A program made the position numbers and the translations under genes. Positions 1-8,696 of a stretch of DNA of 56,109 nt are shown here, piece by piece. Below the pieces are notes generated by a model that worked only from the letters and a program-made list of their open reading frames with translations, searched no databases and was not told the DNA's origin. Source of the DNA: an uncultured Syntrophaceae bacterium (lineage in GTDB: Bacteria > Desulfobacterota > Syntrophia > Syntrophales > PHBD01); the NCBI GenBank assembly GCA_964396205.1, contig CAYNEJ010000003.1:1-56109 (forward strand), given 5' to 3'. Numbering within the stretch: position 1 is the first letter of the stretch; the number at the start of each line of letters is the position of its first letter.

Positions 1-168
1 ACGCGAAAGTCGGAAAAGGGAAGGGACCTGAAAGCCCTGGAGCTCCCCGGGCTCTGGAACGGCGCCATGGCCTTCTGGAACACGATCTTCGTGGAGGTCC
101 CCCTGGAGACCTTCAATCCCGTCAAGGTCGTGGAGGATCTCCTCCGTCCCCAGCACCGCCGGATCTGA
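1..168 (+). CDS. 3' end of an unidentified CDS (runs off the left edge)
   Basis: Open frame from position 1 to TGA at 166-168 (...AFWNTIFVEVPLETFNPVKVVEDLLRPQHRRI*). Codon bias resembles the neighbours. Product not recognised. Confidence 0.35.
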   Translation, partial: TRKSEKGRDLKALELPGLWNGAMAFWNTIFVEVPLETFNPVKVVEDLLRPQHRRI

Positions 169-415
169 ACTTTTTTTCACTTGATCTTCATCGGTTTTTT
201 TGCCATGTTTTCGCCGCTTTCGGGAGAGGTCGCCGATCCGCGAAGCGGATCGTTGAGTCAGGAACGAGGTTCCGTCGCCGGCGGCCCTCGATACTTTTGT
301 GCAAGATGACCATGAAATGCAGGCTCATGAAACGAAAGCATAAAATAACGGAAGTAGGCCCGGCTTCGGGTGGCCGTCACAGTCGGCTTCCAGGCAGAAT
401 TGAAAAGGGGGAGGC

Positions 416-1483
416 ATGATGGCTGAACAGACAGGCGGGCGGATCCGGGTGGGGATCGTCATGGGGGGACTTTCCTCCGAGAGGGAGGTGTCCCTGGAGA
501 GCGGACGCAACATCTTCAGCAAGATCGACCGGAAAAAGTATGAGCCCACGGCGATCTTCATGGACAGCGAGGCCCGTTTCTGGGAGATCCCGGTCAAGCT
601 GATCATGCGCAACAGCACGAAAGACATCGAGGAAGACCTTGCCGGGGAGGCGACCCTCATTCCCTATGAAGTCCTTCGGGAGCGCTTCGATGTCCTGTGC
701 ATCGGTCTGCATGGAAAATATGGAGAGGATGGATGCCTCCAGGGTCTGCTGGAGCTGCTCCAGGTTCCCTACACGGGATCGGGGGTCCTTGCCTCCGCCC
801 TGGGGATGGATAAGGGTGTCTGCCGGAGATTGCTGGCAGCAGGCGGAATCGACGTACCCCGGACCGTTGCCGTCACCGCGGCCCGCTGGACGGCGGATTC
901 GGACGCCGTCCTGAAAGAGATCGGCGAGACGGCAGGGTTTCCCTGCGTCGTCAAGCCCACCCGGGAAGGGTGCAGCACGGCCGTCAAAAAAGTGGTTTCG
1001 GCCGCGGGGATCCCCGATGCGCTCGCGGAGGCCTTTTCCTGGGACAACACGGTCCTGGTGGAGGAGTTCCTTTCCGGCACCGAGGTGACCTGCGGCGTTT
1101 TGGGATCGGAGGCGCCCGAGGCGCTCGTCCCGTCCGAGACGATTCCCACGACGGAGATCCTTTCCCTGGAGGACAAGTTCCTCTACGGGCAGGGAGAAAA
1201 CAAGACTCCCGCCCGGGTTCCCGAGGACGTGCTCCAGCGGATCCGGGAAACGGCGGTCCGGGCCTTCCAGGTCCTGGACTTGAAAGGGTACGCCCGGATC
1301 GACATGTTCGTCCGTCCCGACGGCCGGGTGGCCGTCCTGGAACCCAACACCCTTCCGGGGATGACCCCATCCACCGTTTTCTTCCACCAGGCGGCGGCGG
1401 CGGGAATCACGCAGGCAGGGGTCATCGACCGGATCATCCGGTCCGCCCTTCAGGACCATGCGGCCAAGCGAGGGCCCCTGTGA
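416..1483 (+). CDS. ddl: D-alanine--D-alanine ligase
   Basis: 355 aa. N-terminus RIRVGIVMGGLSSEREVSLESG and an ATP-grasp body typical of Ddl. GGGGGAGG Shine-Dalgarno just upstream of the ATG. Confidence 0.9.
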   Translation: MMAEQTGGRIRVGIVMGGLSSEREVSLESGRNIFSKIDRKKYEPTAIFMDSEARFWEIPVKLIMRNSTKDIEEDLAGEATLIPYEVLRERFDVLCIGLHGKYGEDGCLQGLLELLQVPYTGSGVLASALGMDKGVCRRLLAAGGIDVPRTVAVTAARWTADSDAVLKEIGETAGFPCVVKPTREGCSTAVKKVVSAAGIPDALAEAFSWDNTVLVEEFLSGTEVTCGVLGSEAPEALVPSETIPTTEILSLEDKFLYGQGENKTPARVPEDVLQRIRETAVRAFQVLDLKGYARIDMFVRPDGRVAVLEPNTLPGMTPSTVFFHQAAAAGITQAGVIDRIIRSALQDHAAKRGPL

Positions 1484-2263
1484 ATGAACGGTCCGACCGC
1501 CTCCGTTGACCGCCTCGGCCGGATTGTCCTGGAGAACGTCGAGGAGTTGGGGAGGATCCTCCTTCTCTTCTTGTCGGCCCTGTCCTGGATGGTTCGCCCT
1601 CCCCTGAAGTTGCGCCATATCCTCAAGCAGATGGAGTTCGTCGGAGTCAAGTCGATCTTCGTGGTCGTCCTGACGGGGACCTTTACGGGCATGGTGATGG
1701 CGCTCCAAGGATATCACGGATTCCGCATGTTTGCCGCGGAGAGCCTTGTCGGATCCACCGTGGCCCTCGGGATGACCCGTGAACTGGGCCCTGTCCTGAC
1801 GTCCCTGATGGTCACCGCCCGGGCCGGCTCGGCCATGGCGGCCGAGCTGGGGACCATGCGCGTCACGGAGCAGATCGACGCCCTGGCGGTCATGGCCGCA
1901 AACCCGGTGAAGCACCTGATCGTTCCCCGGCTCATCGCCGGGGTCCTGATGGTTCCGCTGCTCACCGTCGTATCCGATTTCACGGGCATTCTCGGGGGAT
2001 ACTTCGTCGGGGTCCACATCCTGAACATCAACTCCGGGGCCTTCATGAAAAATATCTTCAAGTACGTAACCCTGAACGATATTTACAACGGCCTGGCCAA
2101 GGCCGCCTGTTTCGGCCTGCTGATGGCCCTCATCGGGTGCTACAAGGGGTTCAATACCCGGGGTGGCGCCGAGGGGGTCGGCCGGGCCACCACGGAGGCC
2201 GTCGTTCTGGCTTCCATATCGATTCTGGTGAGCGACTACATCCTGACGGCAATCATGTTCTGA
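1484..2263 (+). CDS. mlaE: MlaE-type ABC transporter permease
   Basis: 259 aa polytopic membrane protein with the MlaE/Ttg2B signature (ELGPVLTSLMVTARAGSAMAAELGTMRVTEQIDAL). ATG directly abuts the ddl stop. Confidence 0.85.
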   Translation: MNGPTASVDRLGRIVLENVEELGRILLLFLSALSWMVRPPLKLRHILKQMEFVGVKSIFVVVLTGTFTGMVMALQGYHGFRMFAAESLVGSTVALGMTRELGPVLTSLMVTARAGSAMAAELGTMRVTEQIDALAVMAANPVKHLIVPRLIAGVLMVPLLTVVSDFTGILGGYFVGVHILNINSGAFMKNIFKYVTLNDIYNGLAKAACFGLLMALIGCYKGFNTRGGAEGVGRATTEAVVLASISILVSDYILTAIMF

Positions 2264-2264
2264 A

Positions 2265-3011
2265 ATGGTAAAACTGGTCGACATACACAAGTCCTTTGGA
2301 AAGCAGAAAGTGCTCGACGGTCTGAACCTCACCGTCGAGGAGGGGAAGACGACCGTCATCATCGGCCGCAGCGGGGGCGGCAAGAGCGTTCTCCTGAAGC
2401 ACATCATCGGCCTGATCCGCCCGGATCGCGGGCAGGTGCTTGTCGACGGACAGGACATCACGACCCTGAACGACAAAGACCTCAACGAGGTCCGCAAGAA
2501 ATTCGGCATGCTCTTCCAGGAGGCGGCCCTCTTCGATTCCATGAACGTGGCGGAGAATGTGGCCTTCCCGCTTCGCGAGCACACCAGAATGTCCAACGGG
2601 GAGATCATGGACATTGTCCGGGATCGGCTGGGCGCAGTGGGACTGTCGGGAGTGGAGGAGAAGATGCCCTCGGAGCTGAGCGGCGGCATGAGGAAGCGCG
2701 TCGGCCTGGCCCGGGCGCTGGCGATGCGGCCGCAGATTATCCTCTTCGACGAGCCCACGACGGGACTCGACCCGGTCATGACGGAGGCCATCAACCAGCT
2801 CATCGTCGAGACCCAGCGGATTTTCAATCTGACCTGCGTGGTCATCAGCCACGATATCCAGTCGGTCTTCGAGATCGGTCACCGCGTCGCCATGCTGTAT
2901 GAAGGCCGGATCATCGAATACGGGACGCCGGAGGAAGTCCGGGCGTCCCGGAATCCCGTGATGGTCCAGTTTCTCGCGGGGAGCATCGAGGGGCCCATCC
3001 AGATCCTGTAA
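2265..3011 (+). CDS. mlaF: MlaF-type ABC transporter ATP-binding protein
   Basis: Walker A GRSGGGKS, ABC signature LSGGMRKRV, Walker B IILFDEPT. Start is 1 nt after the mlaE stop. Confidence 0.85.
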   Translation: MVKLVDIHKSFGKQKVLDGLNLTVEEGKTTVIIGRSGGGKSVLLKHIIGLIRPDRGQVLVDGQDITTLNDKDLNEVRKKFGMLFQEAALFDSMNVAENVAFPLREHTRMSNGEIMDIVRDRLGAVGLSGVEEKMPSELSGGMRKRVGLARALAMRPQIILFDEPTTGLDPVMTEAINQLIVETQRIFNLTCVVISHDIQSVFEIGHRVAMLYEGRIIEYGTPEEVRASRNPVMVQFLAGSIEGPIQIL

Positions 3012-3049
3012 GGAAGCGCCGGGCGGACCGTTGCGCACGGGAGGTTTGC

Positions 3050-4531
3050 ATGACATCCATCAGCACGGAAGCGAAAGTGGGGCTCTTTGTCCTTGCGGGC
3101 ATCATCATCCTGGCCTTCATGTCCTTCCAGGTCTCCCAGCCGGGTTTCGGCCTGAAGCGGGGCTATACGATCAAGGTTGTCTTCGAGAACGCGGCGGGTC
3201 TCGACAAGGATGCCTCCATCCAGGTGGCCGGGGTCGAGGTGGGACGGGTCGAATCCATTGCCCTCCAGGAAGGAAAAGCCCTCATCACCCTGCGAATCAA
3301 GCCGGACGTGAAGCTCGCGAAAGATGTGACGGCCTCCATCCGAACCCACGGACTCCTGGGGGACAAGTACGTCGAGCTGTCTGCGGGGACCAAGGAAAAC
3401 GGAAATCTTGAAGACGGGGAGCAGATCGCCAACGTGGAGCGTCAGGCCGACGTCGACAAGCTGATCCATCAGATCTCCGGTATCTCCGAGGATATCCGGG
3501 GAGTCACGACGACGTTGAACAAGGTGCTGGGCGGCAAGGCGGGCGAGGAGGCCGTGGGAGACATCGTAACGAGTATCCGGCAGCTGACCGTCAATCTCAA
3601 CGCCGTCGTCAAGAACAACGAGCGGACCCTTCACGCCATGCTGGAGAACGGCCGCATGCTGAGCGAGAACCTCAACAAGGTGGTGACCCAGAACGACCAG
3701 AAAATCACCCAGGTGGTGGAAAACCTCCAGAGCGCCTCCAAGGAAATGGAGAAGACCTTTGCGACCCTGAGCGAGGTCACCGAGGGGATCAAGAAGGGGG
3801 AGGGGACCGTCGGGAAGCTCCTGAAAGACGATGAAATGGCGGACCGGCTCAACAAGACCGTTGCCTCCCTGCAGGACGTCTCGGACAAGCTCAGCCAGGG
3901 GAAGGGCACCCTGGGGAAACTCATCAACGAGGATGAGACCGTGACCAACCTGAACACGGGCCTGGCCGGCATCAACCGCTACCTGGCCAAGCAGGAGCAG
4001 TACCGGACCCACCTGGGATACCGGGGGGAGTATCTCTTTGAGAGCAACAACTGGAAGAGTTACGTGGACCTCCGGATCCAGCCGCGGGAGGATTATTTCT
4101 ACATCCTGGGCCTTGTGGCAGACCCCCGGGGCCGAAAATACATCCGGGATTACACCGTGGGCGGCGTCACGAGCAGGGTGGAGGAATGGGACAAGAACGG
4201 GCTCCTGTTCAACGTGCAGGTAGCCAAGCGATACCGGGACCTTGTCCTCCGGGGCGGTATCTTCGAATCCACGGGCGGTGCCGGCTTCGACTACCTGGCC
4301 TTCAACGACCGGCTCAAACTGACCTTCGAGGCCTTCGACTTCAGCGATGACAACCGTCGAGCCCACCTGAAGGGGTACGGCGAGTGGCGTCTCCTCAAGT
4401 ACCTCTATCTGACCGCCGGCTGGGACGATTTCATCAATTCGGACAACCGTTCCCCCTTTGTGGGATTTTCGATCCGGTTCGAGGACGACGACATCAAGTA
4501 CCTCATGACCTCGGCGCCGATTCCGAAGTGA
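3050..4531 (+). CDS. MCE/MlaD-family protein with long coiled-coil and a C-terminal beta-rich extension
   Basis: N-terminal TM helix plus an MCE domain (VVFENAAGLDKDASIQVAGVEVGRV). About 200 aa of heptad-like repeats, then about 170 aa with alternating aromatic/hydrophobic pattern. GGGAGG SD. Confidence 0.75.
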   Translation: MTSISTEAKVGLFVLAGIIILAFMSFQVSQPGFGLKRGYTIKVVFENAAGLDKDASIQVAGVEVGRVESIALQEGKALITLRIKPDVKLAKDVTASIRTHGLLGDKYVELSAGTKENGNLEDGEQIANVERQADVDKLIHQISGISEDIRGVTTTLNKVLGGKAGEEAVGDIVTSIRQLTVNLNAVVKNNERTLHAMLENGRMLSENLNKVVTQNDQKITQVVENLQSASKEMEKTFATLSEVTEGIKKGEGTVGKLLKDDEMADRLNKTVASLQDVSDKLSQGKGTLGKLINEDETVTNLNTGLAGINRYLAKQEQYRTHLGYRGEYLFESNNWKSYVDLRIQPREDYFYILGLVADPRGRKYIRDYTVGGVTSRVEEWDKNGLLFNVQVAKRYRDLVLRGGIFESTGGAGFDYLAFNDRLKLTFEAFDFSDDNRRAHLKGYGEWRLLKYLYLTAGWDDFINSDNRSPFVGFSIRFEDDDIKYLMTSAPIPK

Positions 4532-4672
4532 TGGATGCCGGTGCTGCCGAAAGGGTCGATTCATCAGGGGGGCCGGGCGGACAGCGGCGATTCCCGTCCC
4601 GCGATTTTGAAGTCATTGAAAGAAGGGATGTTTCGGCAGAAACCGCGGGTCCGGCGGTTTGCATAAAACTGC

Positions 4673-4700
4673 TTGACACGAATCGGGAACGAACTATATT
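4673..4700 (+). promoter_or_regulatory. sigma70-like promoter (TTGACA-16 nt-TATATT)
   Basis: Perfect -35 TTGACA at 4673-4678 and TATATT at 4695-4700, in an AT-richer patch about 40 nt upstream of the 4743 ATG. Confidence 0.45.
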
Positions 4701-4742
4701 ACGACCGGTTTTTAACCCTTGTTCGTCTCCAGGGTGACATTG

Positions 4743-5276
4743 ATGGGTCGGTTTTTCACTCCCGTACAGGTCCAGGTTGCCGGTGGCGCCTTCGCCCAGG
4801 CGGAAAGCCTGGTGGGGAGGCACTTCCGGTTGAGTACGGATGACATGAAGGTCCACCGGTATGATGTGAAAACCCTGGCTTTCCTCGAAAATCACGAGGT
4901 TAGGGATGAGGCCTTCGCCCACCTGTGCAAGTACCAATCGGAACGGGAGAAGGCGGGGATGGGGCAGGTTCCGGGGATGCACTTCTACAGGGTTTGCCTC
5001 CAGGACCACCGGATTCTCGACGCCGTGGAGCGGGGCACCTCTTTCATCCGGCTCAATCCCCTGCTCCTGTACATCGCCGCTCACGAACTGGTGCATATCA
5101 TCCGTTTCGACCGGGGCGAAATCGACTTTGATGCCCCGGAGGCGGAGAAGATAAGGGAAGAGGAGACGGTCCACGGGATCACCCGGACGATCCTCCAGGG
5201 CCTTCGGCAACCGGAAGTGGGGATCGTGGCGGAGTGCTTTGACAGCCGGTATCGGCTGGGAGACTGGGTCAATTAA
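4743..5276 (+). CDS. hypothetical protein with HExxH motif (putative small metallopeptidase-like protein)
   Basis: ORF 4719-5276. ATG at 4743 preferred over TTG at 4719. Contains AAHELVHIIRF. No family recognised by eye. Confidence 0.5.
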   Translation: MGRFFTPVQVQVAGGAFAQAESLVGRHFRLSTDDMKVHRYDVKTLAFLENHEVRDEAFAHLCKYQSEREKAGMGQVPGMHFYRVCLQDHRILDAVERGTSFIRLNPLLLYIAAHELVHIIRFDRGEIDFDAPEAEKIREEETVHGITRTILQGLRQPEVGIVAECFDSRYRLGDWVN

Positions 5277-5299
5277 GATTTGGATGGAGGTTTGAGGAG

Positions 5300-5587
5300 A
5301 TGCCGATCTACGAATACAAATGCCGGAAATGCGGGAAGGTTTTCGAGATGTTCCAGCGGATCAGCGATGCCCCCGCAACGTCTTGCCAGTTCTGCAAGGG
5401 ACCGGTGAAAAAGCTCATGTCCCAGACGACGTTCCACCTGAAGGGATCGGGCTGGTACGTGACGGACTACGGCGGAAAGAAGGCCCCCAAGACCGAGGCG
5501 CACGAGCCCAAGGAATCTTCATCTTCTTCGGAGACGAGTTCCAGCGAACCCGCAAAGACGGAATCTTCCTCCTCCTCCGACGCATAA
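5300..5587 (+). CDS. FmdB-family zinc-ribbon protein
   Basis: MPIYEYKCRKCGKVFE...CQFCKG (CxxC-N-CxxC) followed by an S/E-rich tail. GAGGAG SD. Confidence 0.75.
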   Translation: MPIYEYKCRKCGKVFEMFQRISDAPATSCQFCKGPVKKLMSQTTFHLKGSGWYVTDYGGKKAPKTEAHEPKESSSSSETSSSEPAKTESSSSSDA

Positions 5588-5646
5588 AGACAACGAGAAA
5601 AAGGGGGCAGGTCGAAGCATCCGCTCCTTCTGAAACGGCGAAGAAA

Positions 5647-5681
5647 AGGGGACCGATTTCCAATCTGTCCCCTTTCATTTT
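5647..5681 (+). terminator. rho-independent terminator after the FmdB-like gene
   Basis: Stem AGGGGAC (5647-5653) / GTCCCCT (5667-5673) followed by TTCATTTT. Confidence 0.5.
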
Positions 5682-5730
5682 GCCGGAATCAAACACAAGT
5701 CTGTTCCCGTTCCCTTTTCAACGCAACGCC

Positions 5731-6327
5731 ATGAATGCCCCCGAGCCTGCCACCATGTCCGCCGGTTCCCTGGAGATGATCGCGGCCACACCCGATCATC
5801 TTGCCGCCGAGGGCGAATCCCCCGAATGTCTGGCGTCCCTGCTGAATGCCCGGGTCGAACCCGGATGGCCGCCGGGCGAATACGACCGGGACGCCCGGGA
5901 GTTTTTCCGGGAACGTCTGGAGGAAGGTGGAGCGGGTGTTGCCGGATGGTACGTCTGGTATGCGCTTCGGCGGGGAGAAACCGGCGGGCCTGCGGTTCTG
6001 GTGGGCGCCGGCGGATACTTCGGACCCCCTGACGACGACGGCACCGTCGAGATCGGCTTTTCCGTCATGCCGGGATGGCGGGGACGGGGTTATGCAACCG
6101 GAATGGCCGGGGTGCTCGTCGGCCGTGCCTTTGCCGATGCCCGGGTGCGTAAGGTTGTCGCCCACGCCGCGTCCGGCAACCCGGCGTCCTGCCGGGTGCT
6201 TGAAAAATGCGGGTTCTCGTTCGTTTCCAGGGACGAGACGTCCGGCAACAATCGTTTTGAAGTCCTTATACCACCCGGATCCGGCCGGGGTTTTCCGAAG
6301 TTACCTCGCCGACAACGGCGGCGTTGA
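5731..6327 (+). CDS. GNAT-family N-acetyltransferase
   Basis: Start taken at ATG 5731 (MNAPEP...) inside the longer 5320-6327 ORF. Acetyl-CoA motif RGRGYATG. The 3' end overlaps the convergent selD by about 60 nt. Confidence 0.65.
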   Translation: MNAPEPATMSAGSLEMIAATPDHLAAEGESPECLASLLNARVEPGWPPGEYDRDAREFFRERLEEGGAGVAGWYVWYALRRGETGGPAVLVGAGGYFGPPDDDGTVEIGFSVMPGWRGRGYATGMAGVLVGRAFADARVRKVVAHAASGNPASCRVLEKCGFSFVSRDETSGNNRFEVLIPPGSGRGFPKLPRRQRRR

Positions 6328-7312
6328 CTCCGGCGGCACGGATCCGGCGGAGCAGATCATCCGCTTCCCCGGCTGCCACGGAGACAAACAGCCCGCCTGA
6401 ACTCTGCGGGTCGTGGAGGATGTCCGCCAGCCATTCCGGGCAGGAGGACTCGACCGTCACCATCCCCTGCCGGAAGGCCCGGTTTCGATGGAGACCTCCC
6501 GGAAGGATTCCCGTTTCGGCCAGGTCGCGGATGCCCTTGAAATAGGGAACCTCCAACGAGCGGATCAGCAATCCCTCCCGTGTTCCCTCGATCATCTCGC
6601 AGGCGTGGCCCAGGAGGCCGAATCCCGTGATGTCCGTGCAGGCATGGACTCCCGGGGTTTTCTCGATTTCCGCCGCCGCCGCGGCATTCAGGGCAGCCAT
6701 GGAGCGGACCGCCTCCTCCGCCAGCTCCGGGCTTGCCATTCCCGCTTTGATGGCCGTGCCGGCGATGCCGGTCCCCAGGGGCTTCGTCAGAATCAGCCGG
6801 TCCCCGGGACGGGCGCCGCGATTCAGGAGGACCCGGTCGGGATGGACGATCCCCAGGACGGACAGGCCGTATTTCGGCTCGTTGTCCTCGACACTGTGGC
6901 CGCCCACGAGGAGAACACCGGCCTCCCTCATCTTGTCCAGACCGCCCCGGAGGATCTCCCGGAGGATCGTTTTATCCATTTTATCGATGGGGAAGCAGAC
7001 GATGTTCAGGGCTGTCAGGGGCCGCCCGCCCATGGCGTAGACGTCGCTCAGGGCGTTGGCTGCGGCGATTTGGCCGAACGTGTAGGGATCGTCGACGATG
7101 GGCGTAAAGAAGTCCACCGTCTGGATGACCGCCAGGTCTTCCCGGAGCTGATACACCCCCGCGTCCTCGCCGTGCTCCATGCCCACGATCAGGCTCGGAT
7201 GGGAGGCGAGTGGCAGATCCTTAAGAACTTCGTGCAGGTCGCCCGGACCGATCTTGCAGGCTCAGCCGGCCCCGCGGACCGTCTCGGTCAGGCGGACTTT
7301 CTCCTCGGTCAT
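6266..7312 (-). CDS. selD: selenide, water dikinase (selenophosphate synthetase), Sec-containing form
   Basis: The ORF track gives 6266-7186, but the frame stays open to ATG 7312-7310 apart from one TGA at 7262-7264. That gives MTEEKVRLTETVRGAG-U-ACKIGPGDLHEVL..., the conserved SelD N-terminal loop where Cys or Sec sits. The remainder is typical SelD/PurM-like. Confidence 0.85.
7233..7261 (-). promoter_or_regulatory. putative SECIS hairpin of selD
   Basis: RNA 3' of the UGA: lower stem UGCA/UGCA, upper stem GGUC/GACC, apical loop CGGGC with G residues about 21-23 nt from the U of UGA. Confidence 0.45.
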
Positions 7313-7340
7313 TCGTTTCTCCGGAAGGAATGATGACGAC

Positions 7341-8531
7341 TCATGTTCTACCGCTGCTGATTTCTTCCAAAGCCTCCAGGGCCGCCGTTACGTCTGCGGC
7401 ATCGTTGAAAAGGCCGAACGAAAAGCGGACGGCCCCGTCGGGGAAGGTCTTCAGGGTCCGGTGGGCCGCCGGGGCACAGTGCAGCCCGGGGCGGGTCAGG
7501 ATGCCGAAGCGCTCGTCCAGGGCCAGGGACACCTCCGCGGGCGAAAGGTCCCCGACGTTCAGGGATACGACGGGGATGCGCCAGGCAGCTGACGGGGGGC
7601 CGTAAATGGTGATTCCGTTGAGAGAGCGGAGTCCGTCGAGGAAGGCCGCCGTCAGGATTTCCTCGTGGCGCCGCACATTCTCCACGCCAATTTCCAGGAT
7701 CATCGCCGTCCCGGCGGCCAGACCCGCCAGGCCCACCGTGTTGGGCGTTCCCGACTCGAACTTGTCGGGCAGGAAGTCCGGCTGCTCCTCGAACTCGGAA
7801 CGGCTCCCCGTGCCGCCCCGGAGGAGGGGACGGAGCCGCCGCTCCAGGCCGGGACCGACGCAGAGACCCCCGGTCCCCTGGGGCCCGAAGAGGGATTTAT
7901 GGCCCGTAAAGGCCAGCAGGTCGATCTTTGCCTGCTCCATCGACAGCGGCACGGCCCCGGCCGTCTGGGCGGCGTCGACACCCAGGACAATCCCCCGCTC
8001 CCTCGTGATGGTCCCGATCTCCTCCACGGGCAGGATCGTTCCCGCCACATTGGAGGCGTGGGTCATGAAAACGGCCCGGGTGTTCGGCCGGATCGCCGCG
8101 GCCACGGATGCCGGGTCAAGGGCGCCCTCCCGCGAGCAGCGGACCACCGTGAGCTCCACGCCGTTTGTCTCCAGGAAGCGGAGGGGGCGCATGACCGAGT
8201 TGTGCTCGATGGAGGACGTGACGACGTGGTCCCCCGGGGAAAGGATGCCCTGGATGGCCAGGTTCAGGGCCTCCGTGGCGTTTTTCGTGAAGACGACCCG
8301 CATGGGATCGGAGACACCCAGGAGGCGGGCCGTGTTTTCCCGCGCCTCCAGGATGATTCGTGCCGCGTCGACGGATCGGCGGTGGGCCGAGCGGCCCGGG
8401 CTGCCTCCGATTTCTCGGCTGAACCGGTCCATGGCCCGGTAGACGGCCTCCGGCTTGGGCCAGGACGTTGCGGCGTTGTCGAGATAGTGAATGACGGTAT
8501 TTGTGGAATCCAAGGTATTTGTGACCTTCAT
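7341..8531 (-). CDS. class V aminotransferase (cysteine desulfurase / selenocysteine lyase-like, NifS/CsdA family)
   Basis: 396 aa. YLDNAATS N-terminus, PLP-Lys context AFTGHKSLFGPQGTG. Sits 28 nt upstream of selD on the same strand. Confidence 0.8.
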   Translation of the reverse strand: MKVTNTLDSTNTVIHYLDNAATSWPKPEAVYRAMDRFSREIGGSPGRSAHRRSVDAARIILEARENTARLLGVSDPMRVVFTKNATEALNLAIQGILSPGDHVVTSSIEHNSVMRPLRFLETNGVELTVVRCSREGALDPASVAAAIRPNTRAVFMTHASNVAGTILPVEEIGTITRERGIVLGVDAAQTAGAVPLSMEQAKIDLLAFTGHKSLFGPQGTGGLCVGPGLERRLRPLLRGGTGSRSEFEEQPDFLPDKFESGTPNTVGLAGLAAGTAMILEIGVENVRRHEEILTAAFLDGLRSLNGITIYGPPSAAWRIPVVSLNVGDLSPAEVSLALDERFGILTRPGLHCAPAAHRTLKTFPDGAVRFSFGLFNDAADVTAALEALEEISSGRT

Positions 8532-8696
8532 CGTTCCCGGGAATGACCCCGGCAGACCATTCGGCGGGCATTTCCCGCGGCTCCGCTATCTTACGGAAAG
8601 GACCTCGATTTGCAAGAGAATTCCATTTGACGGGACAGGCCTTTGTGGTATGGGACGGCCGGAAAGGCGGCACAGGGAGAACGGCCATTCAATTTC

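Noticed and set aside
377-2845. 822-aa minus-strand ORF, and similar very long antisense ORFs: 2879-4564 (-), 14247-15923 (+), 23136-24605 (-), 24741-26360 (-), 31059-33509 (+), 35289-38471 (+), 42075-43952 (+), 47511-49202 (+).
   Set aside because: They lie exactly opposite well-supported genes and are Arg/Gly/Pro/Asp/His-rich low-complexity translations with no motifs. Such shadow ORFs are expected in GC-rich DNA, where antisense stop codons are rare.
5320-5730. N-terminal 137 codons of the 335-aa ORF 5320-6327.
   Set aside because: This part overlaps the FmdB zinc-ribbon gene in another frame and crosses its terminator hairpin. The GNAT domain begins only after ATG 5731.
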